Positions 1-10,384 are shown, counted from the stretch's first letter. The stretch is DNA of 64,000 nucleotides from an uncultured Nitrospiraceae bacterium (GCA_963846575.1 CAWJWJ010000001.1:1088001-1152000); one strand, 5' to 3'. Translations and numbers: made by a program. The notes: generated from the letters alone by a model not told the origin.

Positions 1-28
1 CATCGACGATGAGAATGGGTGTCTGCAT
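1..28 (-). CDS. Response regulator, N-terminal fragment (runs off the window)
   Basis: Minus strand from ATG at 28 reads MQTPILIVD, a typical receiver-domain start. It lies downstream of a histidine kinase and is preceded by a sigma-54 promoter. Confidence 0.6.
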
Positions 29-71
29 GGCGCGTTCCGAATATTGTGAAGGGAGGGCATCCTGTCTAGGG

Positions 72-86
72 GCAATAGCCGTGCCG
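72..86 (-). promoter_or_regulatory. Sigma-54 (-24/-12) promoter
   Basis: Minus strand CGGCAC-GGCTA-TTGC, with GG and GC at the exact consensus spacing. Confidence 0.7.
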
Positions 87-121
87 CACCGGTGTTGATC
101 GTGTCCAGGGGCTGAGCAGGA

Positions 122-134
122 CAACCCCTTGATT
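122..134 (-). promoter_or_regulatory. IHF binding site
   Basis: AATCAA-GGGG-TTG matches WATCAA-N4-TTR. It lies between the sigma-54 promoter and the enhancer-like site. Confidence 0.55.
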
Positions 135-209
135 TGGCGAACACCGACGGGGTTGCGCAGTGGGCATCTGGAATGGAGGGAGCAGAGGGGCGTTCAAATC
201 AATGCACGC

Positions 210-227
210 ATTATCGGATCAGATACA
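210..227. promoter_or_regulatory. Enhancer-like inverted repeat (TGTATC-N6-GATACA family)
   Basis: ATTATC-GGATCA-GATACA. The same motif occurs at 10098, 10119, 10813, 10835, 31563 and 31585. Confidence 0.55.
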
Positions 228-258
228 GGTCCCCGGGATGAGCAGATGAGGTGAGAGC

Positions 259-2580
259 CTATTCAGGGGCCGGGGACGCGGGATCAATCGGCAAGGTAAA
301 ATAAAATTGCGTGCCCACACCCAACTGACTCTCCACGCACATGTGTCCTCCATGCAGTCCCACAAGACTTTTGGTGATGAAGAGTCCGAGTTGCGCGCCT
401 TGAGAAGCCGGCAGGGCTGATTCCACCTTTGAAAATTCGTTGAACACCTTGGGTAGTTCGTGGGACGCGATACCGCAGCCGCTGTCGGAGATTACGATGC
501 GGACGAAACCATCCTCCTGTCGCTCGCACGTGACTGAGATATGCCCAAACTTTGGCGTAAACTTGATCGCGTTCCCGACAAGATTCCAGAGGATCTGTTC
601 GAGTTTGTCGCGATCGGCGCGCACGACGAGGGTTTTGTCAGAGGGGATGACGTCTAATGTCAGGGATTTTTCCTCGGCGAGCGTTTGAAAACTTTCCACC
701 ACATCCCTCACGAAGTCGCCGATCACAAGTGGTTCCGGCTTAATATCGATGCGTCCGACATCCAAACGGGACCAGTCCAGGAGTTGATTGATGATCCGGG
801 TCAGACGGTCCACGTTGTGTTTAATGCGTTGGAGGTAATGTTCTTGTCGTTCAGAGAGTTGTCCTGTCAGCCCATCGAGCATGTTTTCCACGAAGCCTTT
901 GATGGACGTCATCGGCGTGCGGAGTTCGTGCGACGCCACGGAGACGAATTTTGAGCGCCGGCGATCGTGGTCTTGTAACCGCTCGTTCGCCGTCTGCAAC
1001 TCATGGGTCCGATCCTGCACCCGGCCTTCGAGATGTTCCGTCAACGTGGCCAGTTCGGTATAGGCGCGCGCATTGTCGACCGCCACGGCCACGTGGCTGG
1101 CCACGGTCACCAGGAGATCAAGATCCTCATGAGTGCAGGGGAGTGGGCCGCGGTCGGCGCCGAGATAACCGAGAATGCGTTGCTGACTGCTGCGGAGAGG
1201 AACGCCGACGAACGACAAGACCCGCATATGACGTAGCAGGGGCAGCACGTCGGGTGAAATTCGATCGGCGACCGCATCCAGGTTCGGCACCAGCAGCGGT
1301 TTGCCGTGAATCAACAGCTCCGATGCCACGCCGCCGTCATGCTGCACGGGGATGACCAACTGGCGAACCGCCTGTTCGTCTTCTTCACGCATACCGAAGA
1401 CCTGTCCCACCGTCGCCACGCCGCGGTCGTTATCCCAGAGAAACAGGATCATCCGGGCAAATCCAAGATTTTCGCTGAGCAGTTGCAGGACCGTCGAGAG
1501 GAGCCGGTCGAGATCGAGCGTTGACGTAATGGCGGCACTGGATTGATTCAGGGTCGTCAGCTGTGTGACATGCCGGCGAATCGTTTCAAGATTCTTTGAA
1601 ATCGCCTGATTGCGCTCCTGCAGGGACTTGGTCATGAGATTAAACAGCGCCGTCAACTGGCCCACTTCGTCCTGGGTGGTCGGCATGACGAATGTGGAGA
1701 GGTCCCCTTCTCCGACTTTGCGCGCCCCCGCAGCCAGGTTGCGCAACGGTGTGATGATGCGGCGGGCCAGGAGGCTGGTGAAGAGGATGCCGGTTCCGAT
1801 AATGCCCAACGTGAGCAACAAAAAGTTACGCAGAACCTTCGCGAGTTCCCGTTGCATCGGTACTTCAGTCAGTCCGATTTGTACGACGCCGAAGGCTTGA
1901 GGCGTCGGTTCCGATGAGCGCGTCTTCCGGCTCTCTTCTTCTTGGAGAGCCAGGGCTTCCAAACGTGAATTCCCGCGCCGCAGAACGGGAACGGCAAAAT
2001 CATAAAAGGTTTCCTCTTGACCGGCGGAGGTCCAAAAGGGAAGCGGCGACTCGGCTTCCGAAAGGGGGATGGTCCCGGAGCCGCTGAGGCGGAGACGGGT
2101 CACGGTGGGATCCGACCCGGGCGATGCGAGCAGAAGTTCGGCGATATCGGGTCGCGGGTAGAAGGGCCGTTCAGCCGATCGAAGATTGCCGAGCGCGCTC
2201 GCAAGCTTGCCTTTGCTTTTTGCCGCCAGTATCTGCCCGTCGGCCCCGGTGATCATGGCGTAGATCACTTCATCGACCTCCATGACCCCATCAATGAACT
2301 GCTCGAGGATGACGCGTTCTTCGATAATGATCCCGTAACGGACATTGTGGGCGAGATTCTTGACCAGAATGGTCCCCAGATCCCTCACGCGTTCGGTCAT
2401 GGCGATGCGCTTGGTATGAACGAAGTACCAACTCATCCCCGAGCAGGTCAGGATAATGATCAAACTGAAGAAAACGACGAACTTCGTCCGCAGGCTGATG
2501 AAGCGACCGAGGCCGCCGCGAGCAAACGGAGTTCTGCTCGGCTGGAGGACGGGCTCATTCACGGTCAGGTCTTTCATCAA
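259..2580 (-). CDS. Membrane sensor histidine kinase (periplasmic domain-HAMP-GAF-HisKA-HATPase)
   Basis: Two TM segments, HAMP (PLRNL...DEVGQL), GAF, H-box SHELRTPM, N-box NLVGNAIKFT, G1 DSGCGI. Confidence 0.92.
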   Translation of the reverse strand: MMKDLTVNEPVLQPSRTPFARGGLGRFISLRTKFVVFFSLIIILTCSGMSWYFVHTKRIAMTERVRDLGTILVKNLAHNVRYGIIIEERVILEQFIDGVMEVDEVIYAMITGADGQILAAKSKGKLASALGNLRSAERPFYPRPDIAELLLASPGSDPTVTRLRLSGSGTIPLSEAESPLPFWTSAGQEETFYDFAVPVLRRGNSRLEALALQEEESRKTRSSEPTPQAFGVVQIGLTEVPMQRELAKVLRNFLLLTLGIIGTGILFTSLLARRIITPLRNLAAGARKVGEGDLSTFVMPTTQDEVGQLTALFNLMTKSLQERNQAISKNLETIRRHVTQLTTLNQSSAAITSTLDLDRLLSTVLQLLSENLGFARMILFLWDNDRGVATVGQVFGMREEDEQAVRQLVIPVQHDGGVASELLIHGKPLLVPNLDAVADRISPDVLPLLRHMRVLSFVGVPLRSSQQRILGYLGADRGPLPCTHEDLDLLVTVASHVAVAVDNARAYTELATLTEHLEGRVQDRTHELQTANERLQDHDRRRSKFVSVASHELRTPMTSIKGFVENMLDGLTGQLSERQEHYLQRIKHNVDRLTRIINQLLDWSRLDVGRIDIKPEPLVIGDFVRDVVESFQTLAEEKSLTLDVIPSDKTLVVRADRDKLEQILWNLVGNAIKFTPKFGHISVTCERQEDGFVRIVISDSGCGIASHELPKVFNEFSKVESALPASQGAQLGLFITKSLVGLHGGHMCVESQLGVGTQFYFTLPIDPASPAPE

Positions 2581-3545
2581 TACACTTCATCGGCTTTGGT
2601 TTCGACTGCTTTGGGAATCTCGATGCCCAGAAACCTGGCGGTCTTCAGATTGATGCTCATTTCAATGCGGTCAGGATGTAAGGGTTTCATGGGCATCGAC
2701 ACCTGGCCATCGATGATCCTGCGGGCGAGTTGGCCGGCTTGGCGGCCGATGTCGCCGTAGTTGACCGACAGGCACAAAAAGGCTCCGCTTCTGGCAAACT
2801 CCCGGGAAAACCCGATGACCGGCACGCGTTCCTCCAGCGCGGTGTTCAAAATGAAGCGCAGGGACTCATCGGTCAGAACCGTGGAGTCGGGGACGAGCCA
2901 CAGTGCGCCCACGGACGGCAGGAGCGATCGCAGCGCGCTGGGGACATCACGCTCGCTGGTGACCTGCGTCGAGATGAGATCCACGCTGTTCGATTTGAGT
3001 AAGCGCTTAGATTCCTCGATAAGCGGTGCCGTTTTGGAAGGATCATAGAGGGTGCCGATATGTTTGAGTTCAGGCAACAGGGCGCGGATCGTCGTCATCT
3101 GGCGATCGATCGGCACTTCGAGGAGAATGCCCGTCATGTTCTGAGTATTGAGCCCGTATTTCCCGGGGTCCAATACCATGGAATAGACGACCGGAATGTC
3201 GACGATCTCCAACTGGGCCGCCTTCGCTGCCTTCAGTCCGACGGCAAACACCAGCGCCGGGTCGGACGCCCGGATCTTGCGGGCCAGTTTCCGTCCCTTC
3301 TCCAGATCCCCCTGGAGATCGTACTCCAACAGCACGATCCCGTTCGGCAACGCGGCCTTGAATCCGCTGAGCGCCTGGTTGTAGGCGGCAATGTCGGATG
3401 ATTTCAGAATGACGATGTCCGTCGCGGGGGCAAGGGCAGGGCAGGCCAGCCAGCCGATCAGGAAGGCCAGATGCCACCGCAGCCACCGGGGTCTGCGTCC
3501 CCTGAAGGGCTGAGCGACGGGCGATGCGGTGTGCGTGAAGGTCAC
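2577..3545 (-). CDS. ABC-type substrate-binding protein (COG2984-like), periplasmic
   Basis: Signal peptide, then DIGRQAGQLA...INLKTARFLGIEIP motifs. It overlaps the kinase start by 4 nt, and no permease or ATPase gene is nearby. Confidence 0.8.
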   Translation of the reverse strand: MTFTHTASPVAQPFRGRRPRWLRWHLAFLIGWLACPALAPATDIVILKSSDIAAYNQALSGFKAALPNGIVLLEYDLQGDLEKGRKLARKIRASDPALVFAVGLKAAKAAQLEIVDIPVVYSMVLDPGKYGLNTQNMTGILLEVPIDRQMTTIRALLPELKHIGTLYDPSKTAPLIEESKRLLKSNSVDLISTQVTSERDVPSALRSLLPSVGALWLVPDSTVLTDESLRFILNTALEERVPVIGFSREFARSGAFLCLSVNYGDIGRQAGQLARRIIDGQVSMPMKPLHPDRIEMSINLKTARFLGIEIPKAVETKADEVY

Positions 3546-3600
3546 AACCCGGTCCCTCCTGAACTCGCCGGCAGCCTGTGAACCGTATGAGCCATGCCGC

Positions 3601-6600
3601 TTACCTGGTGGCCCCCTTCGCTTCGTGAACGATACCCAGGACGCGTGTCGCGGTTCCGTCTGCGTCTCGATGGATGCGTCCGGTCCAGGCCAGCCAATGC
3701 AGAGTGCCGTCAGGCCAGAGGACGCGGTGCATGATATTCACCGACGTATTGTCGCGCAATCCCTGTTCGATCCTCGTCAGGATCGACCCGCGATCCAGCA
3801 GATAGATCAGCTCAATATAGGCGGAGTAGGTGCCGGGGAAGGACCCCGGGGCCAGGCCGAAGAGCGCCTCGACACCGGCCGACCAATACAGACGGTCCGT
3901 GCGGACGTCCCAATCCCAGATCCCGACGTCGGACGCGATGAGCGCCATGCGTACCCGCTCCTCGCTCAGCCGCAACTGTTCCTCCATCCGTTTACGTTCG
4001 GTAATGTCGGTGGAAATGCCGCACATGGCGAAGACATGACCGTCCCGATCAAAGATGGGGACCTTGACCGACAGGTAGGTGTGCAGGCCATCGGCATGGG
4101 GAACGTGCTCTTCGATTTCCAGTGGCCGGGCCTCTGTGAGAACCAGACGGTCGTTGGCCCGGAATACATCCGCCACCTCTTGCGGGAAGATGTCATGGTC
4201 CGTTCTGCCGAGAATCTGGTCCGCCGTGAGATGGAAGATCTGCCGGAAGCTCGCGTTCACCATCAGGTACCGACCGTCGGCCTGCTTGGCATAGATCGGA
4301 GCCGTTGCATTGTCGATGACCGAGCGGAGCAGTTCTTCGCTCCGATGGAGGGCGTCTTCCGCACGTTTGCGGTCGGTAATGCACTGCAAGGAGCCGGCCA
4401 TGCGGACGGCCCGGCCTTCCCGGTCTCGCTGGACGACTTGCGCGCGGGCATGAATCCACCGGTAGTCTCCGTGCTTGTTCAGCAGCCGGTATTCGACGTC
4501 GTATTGGGAGGCGCCCTGCTCGATACAGGCGGTCAGCCGCTGAAAGACCTGCTCGTGATCGTCCGGGTGGAGCCGGGATGTCCAGCTGCCCAGATTGTTG
4601 GGGAACTCCTGCTCGTTGTAGCCCAGCATCTGACGCACGCGTGGTGACCACCAGACAGGAGTGGAGGGCAAGTGCCACGGTTGTCCGGGCAGCACATGAC
4701 CGTCCCAAAACCCGTCATTGGAACCATGGATGACCGATTCCAGCCGCTCTTCGCTGGCAGAGAGGGATTCCTGAACCTGTTTATGCTCGGTAATGTCGCG
4801 GGAGATGGCCAGGAGGCGCCGCACACGGCCCTGTGCATCGAGCATGGGAGTGACTTGCACGTCCCACCATTTCGCCTCCCCGCTGCTGGCAGGACAGAAG
4901 CCCACGAACTTGCCGATCTTGCCGGCCTTGGCCGCCTCCAGCGAGGCCACGGCTGAGTGCCGGTCGTCGCCCTCCCACAAATCCTGCCAGGGCCTGTTGA
5001 GGTAGTGGCTGAAATCATGAATCTCCAACAGCCTCTGCCCGCTGTCATTCATATATTGCAGCCGGCCATCCAGATCCAGGACCTGCATGCAGTCGGCGTT
5101 GCTGCGCAGGATTTGATTGGTGAACTCTTCACTGTCGTGGAGGGCGAGTTGAGCCTCCTTGGTGGCGGTGATGTCCTCGCACACAATCAGCACCACCGGC
5201 TGTTGCTGGTCATTGGCGACGGCTTGAGCGGTTTCACGCACCCAGATGATGCGACCGTCTTTTCGGACCTTACGGAATTCCCATCGTTTGGGGTGACCCA
5301 TTTCGGTGAGGCACAGGGCGAGATTTTGCCGGACAGCCTCCCGGTCCTCCGGGTGATGCACCTCCATCAGCTTTGTATTGAGCAGATCGTCGACCTGGTA
5401 CCCGAGGCGTTCGGCCCCGAACCGGTTGACGGACAAGATCGTGCCCTGGCCATCCACCATGAAATACATGGATGGGTTATCGTCGAACAATACTCGGTAT
5501 CGTCGTTCACTCGCCATCAAGGCCGATTCGACCCGCTTGCGGTCTGTCACGTCTTCGGCCAGGCCCACGATGCGATAGACCGACCCGGACGCGTCACGTA
5601 TCGGATAGGCGCGATCCCAAATCCACCGCATCGATCCGTCGGGACGCGTGATGCGATACTCCTCATGGAAGGTGCCCTCTACTTGCCGTGGAACGGCCTC
5701 CTCCACTCGCTGCCGGTCTTCAGGATGGATGGCCTCCATCCAGGAGTCAGGGGCGGCGTACAGGCTGTCGCAGGAGCGTCCCCAGATCTCCTCATATCCC
5801 GGGCTGATGTAGATGATGCGGTCCTTCGCGGGATCGGTAATCCAGAACACCTCTTTAATATGCTCAGCCAACTGCCGAAATCGTTCCTGGCTTTCCTCGA
5901 CGGCCCGTTCGGCTTCCCTGCGCTCGGTGATATCGCGGAAGACCACCACGGCCCCTGCCACGGTACCCTTTTCGATGATCGGAGTGCTGACATATTCTAC
6001 CGGGATACTGGAGCCGTCTTTACGCCAGAAGATGTCGACCGGCACTCGATGGACCGCACCGTCGCGAAGGGCCGCATAAATCGGGCAGGCTTCCACCGGG
6101 TAGGGACTGCCGTCCAGTCGAGAATGATGGAGGTGCCCGTGCATCGGTTGCTCGATGAGTTCGGAGGGCTCATAACCCAACAGGCGTGCGGCCGTCGAAT
6201 TTACGAACGTCGTGGTTCCCTCGCGATCCAGCCCGTAGATCCCTTCGCCTGCCTGCGTGAGGATCACCTCGTGCAGATGACGAAGGCGGTCGAGAATCTC
6301 CTCCGCCCGGCGGCGCTGGGTAATGTCACGAATGATCCCGCTGTAGAAAATGGCCTCGTCGGTCTTCCATGTGGCCAGAGACAACTCGAGCGGAAACTCC
6401 GTGCCGTCCTTGCGCAAACCTTCCAGCTCGACCAGCCGGCCGATGAGGCGGGATTGACCCGTTTCGGCGACACGCTCCAGCCCACGCTCATGGGCTACGC
6501 GATAGCGCTTAGGCATGAGCATGGTCAGGGAACGCCCGATGACTTCTTCGTCGGTATATCCGAACAGTTTCGATGCCGCGCGGTTCCATGAGAGGATGTT

Positions 6601-7092
6601 GCCGTGACGATCCGCCAGCAGGATCGAGTCGGTGGCTGCCTCAACCAGGGAGCGGAACCGCGCCTCGCTCTCGCTCAACGCAAGTTCGGCATGTTCCGCT
6701 TTGGCGGCTAGAGCCTGCACGCCGACGGCTCGTTGCACGACCGCCCTCAATTCCTCACGGTTGTAAGGTTTGGTCAAATAGGCGAAGGCACCCTGGGTCA
6801 ACGAGCCGACGGTACGGTCGGTGCTCGTATAGGCCGTGAGGATGATCACCGGCAATTGCGGTTGGGACTCTTGCAACCTCCTGAGCACCGATGATCCGTC
6901 CCCGTCCGGCAGCCCCAAGTCCAACAGGACGGCGTTGTAGCGATGTTCATTGGCCCGGGAGAGGGCATCGGCGCAGGTGCCGGCGACGCTCACCTCATAC
7001 CCGTCGTGATCGAGAAAGTCTTGGAGTCCGAGCAGGATATCCGGATCGTCGTCCACCACGAGAATGGAATGAGTAGACGTGGTCGATAACAT
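3601..7092 (-). CDS. Receiver domain plus eight tandem PAS/PAC domains, no output domain
   Basis: REC (ILVVDDD...LLDLGLPD...KP) followed by eight PAS-PAC units, seven ending in DIT/DVT/CIT linkers. GGAGG precedes the ATG at 7092. Confidence 0.88.
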   Translation of the reverse strand: MLSTTSTHSILVVDDDPDILLGLQDFLDHDGYEVSVAGTCADALSRANEHRYNAVLLDLGLPDGDGSSVLRRLQESQPQLPVIILTAYTSTDRTVGSLTQGAFAYLTKPYNREELRAVVQRAVGVQALAAKAEHAELALSESEARFRSLVEAATDSILLADRHGNILSWNRAASKLFGYTDEEVIGRSLTMLMPKRYRVAHERGLERVAETGQSRLIGRLVELEGLRKDGTEFPLELSLATWKTDEAIFYSGIIRDITQRRRAEEILDRLRHLHEVILTQAGEGIYGLDREGTTTFVNSTAARLLGYEPSELIEQPMHGHLHHSRLDGSPYPVEACPIYAALRDGAVHRVPVDIFWRKDGSSIPVEYVSTPIIEKGTVAGAVVVFRDITERREAERAVEESQERFRQLAEHIKEVFWITDPAKDRIIYISPGYEEIWGRSCDSLYAAPDSWMEAIHPEDRQRVEEAVPRQVEGTFHEEYRITRPDGSMRWIWDRAYPIRDASGSVYRIVGLAEDVTDRKRVESALMASERRYRVLFDDNPSMYFMVDGQGTILSVNRFGAERLGYQVDDLLNTKLMEVHHPEDREAVRQNLALCLTEMGHPKRWEFRKVRKDGRIIWVRETAQAVANDQQQPVVLIVCEDITATKEAQLALHDSEEFTNQILRSNADCMQVLDLDGRLQYMNDSGQRLLEIHDFSHYLNRPWQDLWEGDDRHSAVASLEAAKAGKIGKFVGFCPASSGEAKWWDVQVTPMLDAQGRVRRLLAISRDITEHKQVQESLSASEERLESVIHGSNDGFWDGHVLPGQPWHLPSTPVWWSPRVRQMLGYNEQEFPNNLGSWTSRLHPDDHEQVFQRLTACIEQGASQYDVEYRLLNKHGDYRWIHARAQVVQRDREGRAVRMAGSLQCITDRKRAEDALHRSEELLRSVIDNATAPIYAKQADGRYLMVNASFRQIFHLTADQILGRTDHDIFPQEVADVFRANDRLVLTEARPLEIEEHVPHADGLHTYLSVKVPIFDRDGHVFAMCGISTDITERKRMEEQLRLSEERVRMALIASDVGIWDWDVRTDRLYWSAGVEALFGLAPGSFPGTYSAYIELIYLLDRGSILTRIEQGLRDNTSVNIMHRVLWPDGTLHWLAWTGRIHRDADGTATRVLGIVHEAKGATR

Positions 7093-7123
7093 CACAGCCT
7101 CCCGAGTCCACTGGGCTCGTACG

Positions 7124-9199
7124 CTAGAATCTGAGGGTCAACCACCCCATCACCCGTCGGCCGATGAGATCGCCGAGGGGATGTTCCTTATGTTCATCAT
7201 TAAGCGCATTGAAAACCGATACGGCGACTTCGGCATCACGCATGTATCCCGCCGCAGCCTTCTCCTGCCAGAACCTGTACCCGGCTCGCATGTTCAATAG
7301 ATTGTACCCGCCCACACGGTCAGAAGGTGCGGTGACGCCGGTCGTGGGAATATCCGCGAGAAGAGTCAGGCTTTGGGCCAGGGGATAGGTCGCTGCTCCG
7401 ACGTAATAATAACCGATCTCTCCGCTCAAGCCGTTCTCCCATTCAGTTCGTACGCCCGCACTGACTTTCGATCTGGGCGCTCCCCGCCTGACGGTGCCGG
7501 AGAAGGATTGGCCGATTTCCTCATAGGAATAATTGGCAAATCCGCTCAACCAGCGAGTCGCGAGAAATTCCACGCCTGCTTCACCCCCGTAAATGTCCGC
7601 CGATCCCTGATCATTCACAAACCTCGAGGCGCCGTCGGCTACGATGCGGTTGCCGATCAAGTCCGAGAGATGGTTGAAGAACAGATTCGCGCGAACTCTG
7701 AGACGATGTTTCCAGTACCAGCCCTGGTATCCGGCCTCGTAAGAAATGATCTGTTCCGGCGCGAGACCCGTATTGCCTGTGACCGGGATGGTCGAGGACA
7801 CCGATTGGGGAAAGGGAAGTGGCAGGCCTGTGGGAATGGTGGTGGTGACCCGCTGGTCTTGATGCGATTCGAAGAGCGTCGGGGGCCGGTAGGCTGCGGA
7901 CCCGGACAGATGAAACGTGTGGCCCTCGAAGGGTTGGTAGAGGATCGCCACACGGGGACTCCAGGTTCCATTGATTTGGGAGTGGAGGTCGTATCGTAAG
8001 CCGGCCACGACCGTCAGAGCGGTCCCGGCTCGCCATTCATCCTGCAGAAAAAATCCCAGTCTGTCTTCCCGGCTGAATTGGTCGGTGGCGCTGCTCGAAA
8101 GGGAGTTGTGCCGATAGGTGACCCCGTACAGCAGCCGATTGGCGGCCCAGAGATTCGCCGCATGTTGCACGTCGACGTTATACGTATTTCCAGAAAATGG
8201 ATTGGTTGAACTCCCGTTGCGGTCGGTAATCCGCAGCAGGTTGACCAATTGAGGGACGGGACTCAGTGTGGCATCGTCCCGGTAGCCCGACCACCAGGCC
8301 CGAACGAGGAATGTGCCCCGCTCATACAGGACGTTGGCATACCCTAAGGAAGGGCGGATGGAATTACTGGTCACTTCACCCACCTGCCCGTCGTAGCGGT
8401 TGGTCTCGACGAGCCCGCCCGACAGATGCAGTCTGGAAACGGACGACAGGGCATAGTCGGTCTCGACGTTGAATTTGTGCGACCGGAAGGCGAGCGCATC
8501 ATGGTCGCGCCATTGCTGCGTCTGGTCCCGGCCGATCGAGAGGCGATACCCGAACTTGCCGACGGTGCCGGCGTGAACGGCGGCGCTGCTGAGGGTTCCC
8601 AGTTCTCCTCCTCCGACTTGGAGGGTGGTTCCTTTCATTTCCTCCGCCGATTTGGTGATGATGTTGATCACACCATCGAACGCGTTAAACCCATACATCG
8701 CGGAAGCGGGCCCCTTGAGGACTTCAATGCGTTTGATTTCGGGCAACGTGACGGGGATGGATTTCCAGAAAACGGTTCCCTGGACGTCCAGGTAGATGGA
8801 TCGTCCATCGACCATAACCAGCATTTTGTTTGCGAAGGGCTGGTTGTCTCCCCTCGCACTCACGTTGAAGTCGGCCCCGGTCATCTGCATGACCTCGAGG
8901 CCCGGGACACGACGTAGCACGGTGGGCAAATCGATCGCGCCCGATTGTCGAATCTCTTCATCGGTAATCACATAGACGTTTGACGGCGCTTGCGAGATTG
9001 GCTGCTCGTATCGACTCGCGATGCTGACGGTCTCTTCCTCTTTCAGGAGTTCCAGTTCATCGCTCGCAACCGGAGAGGCCATAAATTCCGGTGTCTCCAT
9101 GACGGACGTTTCGGCCAGTGCGCCGGTGGCCAGTCCGACCGCCAGCAGCGGCGCCAGTAACGGATGCTGCATCCGGATGAATTCAGTCATCACCAGCAT
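7124..9199 (-). CDS. TonB-dependent outer-membrane receptor
   Basis: Plug motifs (APSNVYVIT, RIEVLKGPASAMYG, GVINIITK), beta-barrel, C-terminal Phe. Confidence 0.92.
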   Translation of the reverse strand: MLVMTEFIRMQHPLLAPLLAVGLATGALAETSVMETPEFMASPVASDELELLKEEETVSIASRYEQPISQAPSNVYVITDEEIRQSGAIDLPTVLRRVPGLEVMQMTGADFNVSARGDNQPFANKMLVMVDGRSIYLDVQGTVFWKSIPVTLPEIKRIEVLKGPASAMYGFNAFDGVINIITKSAEEMKGTTLQVGGGELGTLSSAAVHAGTVGKFGYRLSIGRDQTQQWRDHDALAFRSHKFNVETDYALSSVSRLHLSGGLVETNRYDGQVGEVTSNSIRPSLGYANVLYERGTFLVRAWWSGYRDDATLSPVPQLVNLLRITDRNGSSTNPFSGNTYNVDVQHAANLWAANRLLYGVTYRHNSLSSSATDQFSREDRLGFFLQDEWRAGTALTVVAGLRYDLHSQINGTWSPRVAILYQPFEGHTFHLSGSAAYRPPTLFESHQDQRVTTTIPTGLPLPFPQSVSSTIPVTGNTGLAPEQIISYEAGYQGWYWKHRLRVRANLFFNHLSDLIGNRIVADGASRFVNDQGSADIYGGEAGVEFLATRWLSGFANYSYEEIGQSFSGTVRRGAPRSKVSAGVRTEWENGLSGEIGYYYVGAATYPLAQSLTLLADIPTTGVTAPSDRVGGYNLLNMRAGYRFWQEKAAAGYMRDAEVAVSVFNALNDEHKEHPLGDLIGRRVMGWLTLRF

Positions 9200-10090
9200 G
9201 TCCCGGAACTCGCATCGGGCTTCACCACCAGGCTACCTGTGACCCGGCCGAGCGTTGGTCTCGCCTTCCCAGTGCCCCCGCTGTCCCGCCGGTGATGTCC
9301 GGACTCAGCCGGTTATGCGGCCGGAAACCCAGGCCCGGTAGCGGCACCACCTTGTCGGTGTTCATGCTGAGGGAGACCGCCGGTCCGCTGCTCCCGCTGG
9401 CGTGCCGGATGCCAGGCGAGACAAGTCACCGGTCGTGGAGGCAACGGGTATGACGCTGTCTCGTTGTAAATTGCACATAAAGACGGTGGCGCACCGGTGG
9501 CTGAGTCAGTTGGAGGTGTGCCGCGACCATGAGGATGACACGCCGAAGGTCGACCGCAGACCATCAGCGGGAGTGGTCTCGATGATGGTGAGGACAGCGC
9601 GTAGGGGAGCGACGGGTTGTTCGCGGCCCGTGGCGGCGCCGACCCCCTGTCCTCGAGGGAAGATAGGCTCCGGGCGCGCCTGTCGCGTGATGCGGCGGAA
9701 ACAGGCTGTGGTTCGTCACGGGCCGGAGTGGGGAGAGTGCCAGTCAAGATTAGCTACCCTCCTCGCTGGAGGAGCTCACTCGTCGATGTAGTGCTTCTAT
9801 CCGGCAGGGAACGGATTTATGAGTCATTTCATGGGGAGGACCATAACTGGCGCCGGTTGCTCTGACCCCGCTGTATGTGGGTTGGTACGGCATCGTGTAC
9901 TCTCGCCGCCATTCACAAAATGGTTGGAATATGTCCGCACACATCGGGTCTACGGGTTCACAAGGACTCTCGCAAAAGACGTGCTTAACGGGGTGGGCAG
10001 AGGCAGGCAAGGGGGGGGCGAAATGTACAGGAATCCACGCGATTCCTATGCAGTTCGTGGACGGGGGGATTGCTGAGAAGTATCTTTGTG

Positions 10091-10384
10091 CTAAGCGCGT
10101 ATCTGAGTAGATACAGGCTGTATTTCTTCAGATACAGGCATCTGAACAGCCTTGCCCGCGCGGGGCCGACCGGGCCTGAGGTTTTGAAGCCGGGGTGCGA
10201 AGGGTCGGCCGTTCCTCGACTCAAGGTCCTGCAGGAGATCCTCGAGCGCCGCCGAGATGAGACCAGCCATGGTGCTCCCGGTCGTCCAGTAGGCGGCATC
10301 GCGGACCCGTTCCAAAAGATCGGTCGGCAGACTCACGGTCATTCGCTGGCGCTTCGGGCTTCTCAGGTAGACAAATCGGTTCAT
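10091..10384 (-). CDS. Small ribbon-helix-helix-like DNA-binding protein
   Basis: RQRMTVSLPTDLLERVRDAAYW...MAGLISAAL follows a strand-helix-helix pattern. A GGAG RBS is present. Confidence 0.6.
   Translation of the reverse strand: MNRFVYLRSPKRQRMTVSLPTDLLERVRDAAYWTTGSTMAGLISAALEDLLQDLESRNGRPFAPRLQNLRPGRPRAGKAVQMPVSEEIQPVSTQIRA
10098..10136. promoter_or_regulatory. Paired enhancer-like inverted repeats inside the 3' end of the RHH gene
   Basis: CGTATC-TGAGTA-GATACA (10098-10115) and TGTATT-TCTTCA-GATACA (10119-10136). Confidence 0.55.

Noticed and set aside
3529..6591. Long plus-strand ORFs (372 aa, 544 aa) and similar antisense ORFs elsewhere, e.g. 39103-40380 and 46630-47829
   Set aside because: They are shadows of clear opposite-strand genes in GC-rich DNA and carry no recognisable motifs.
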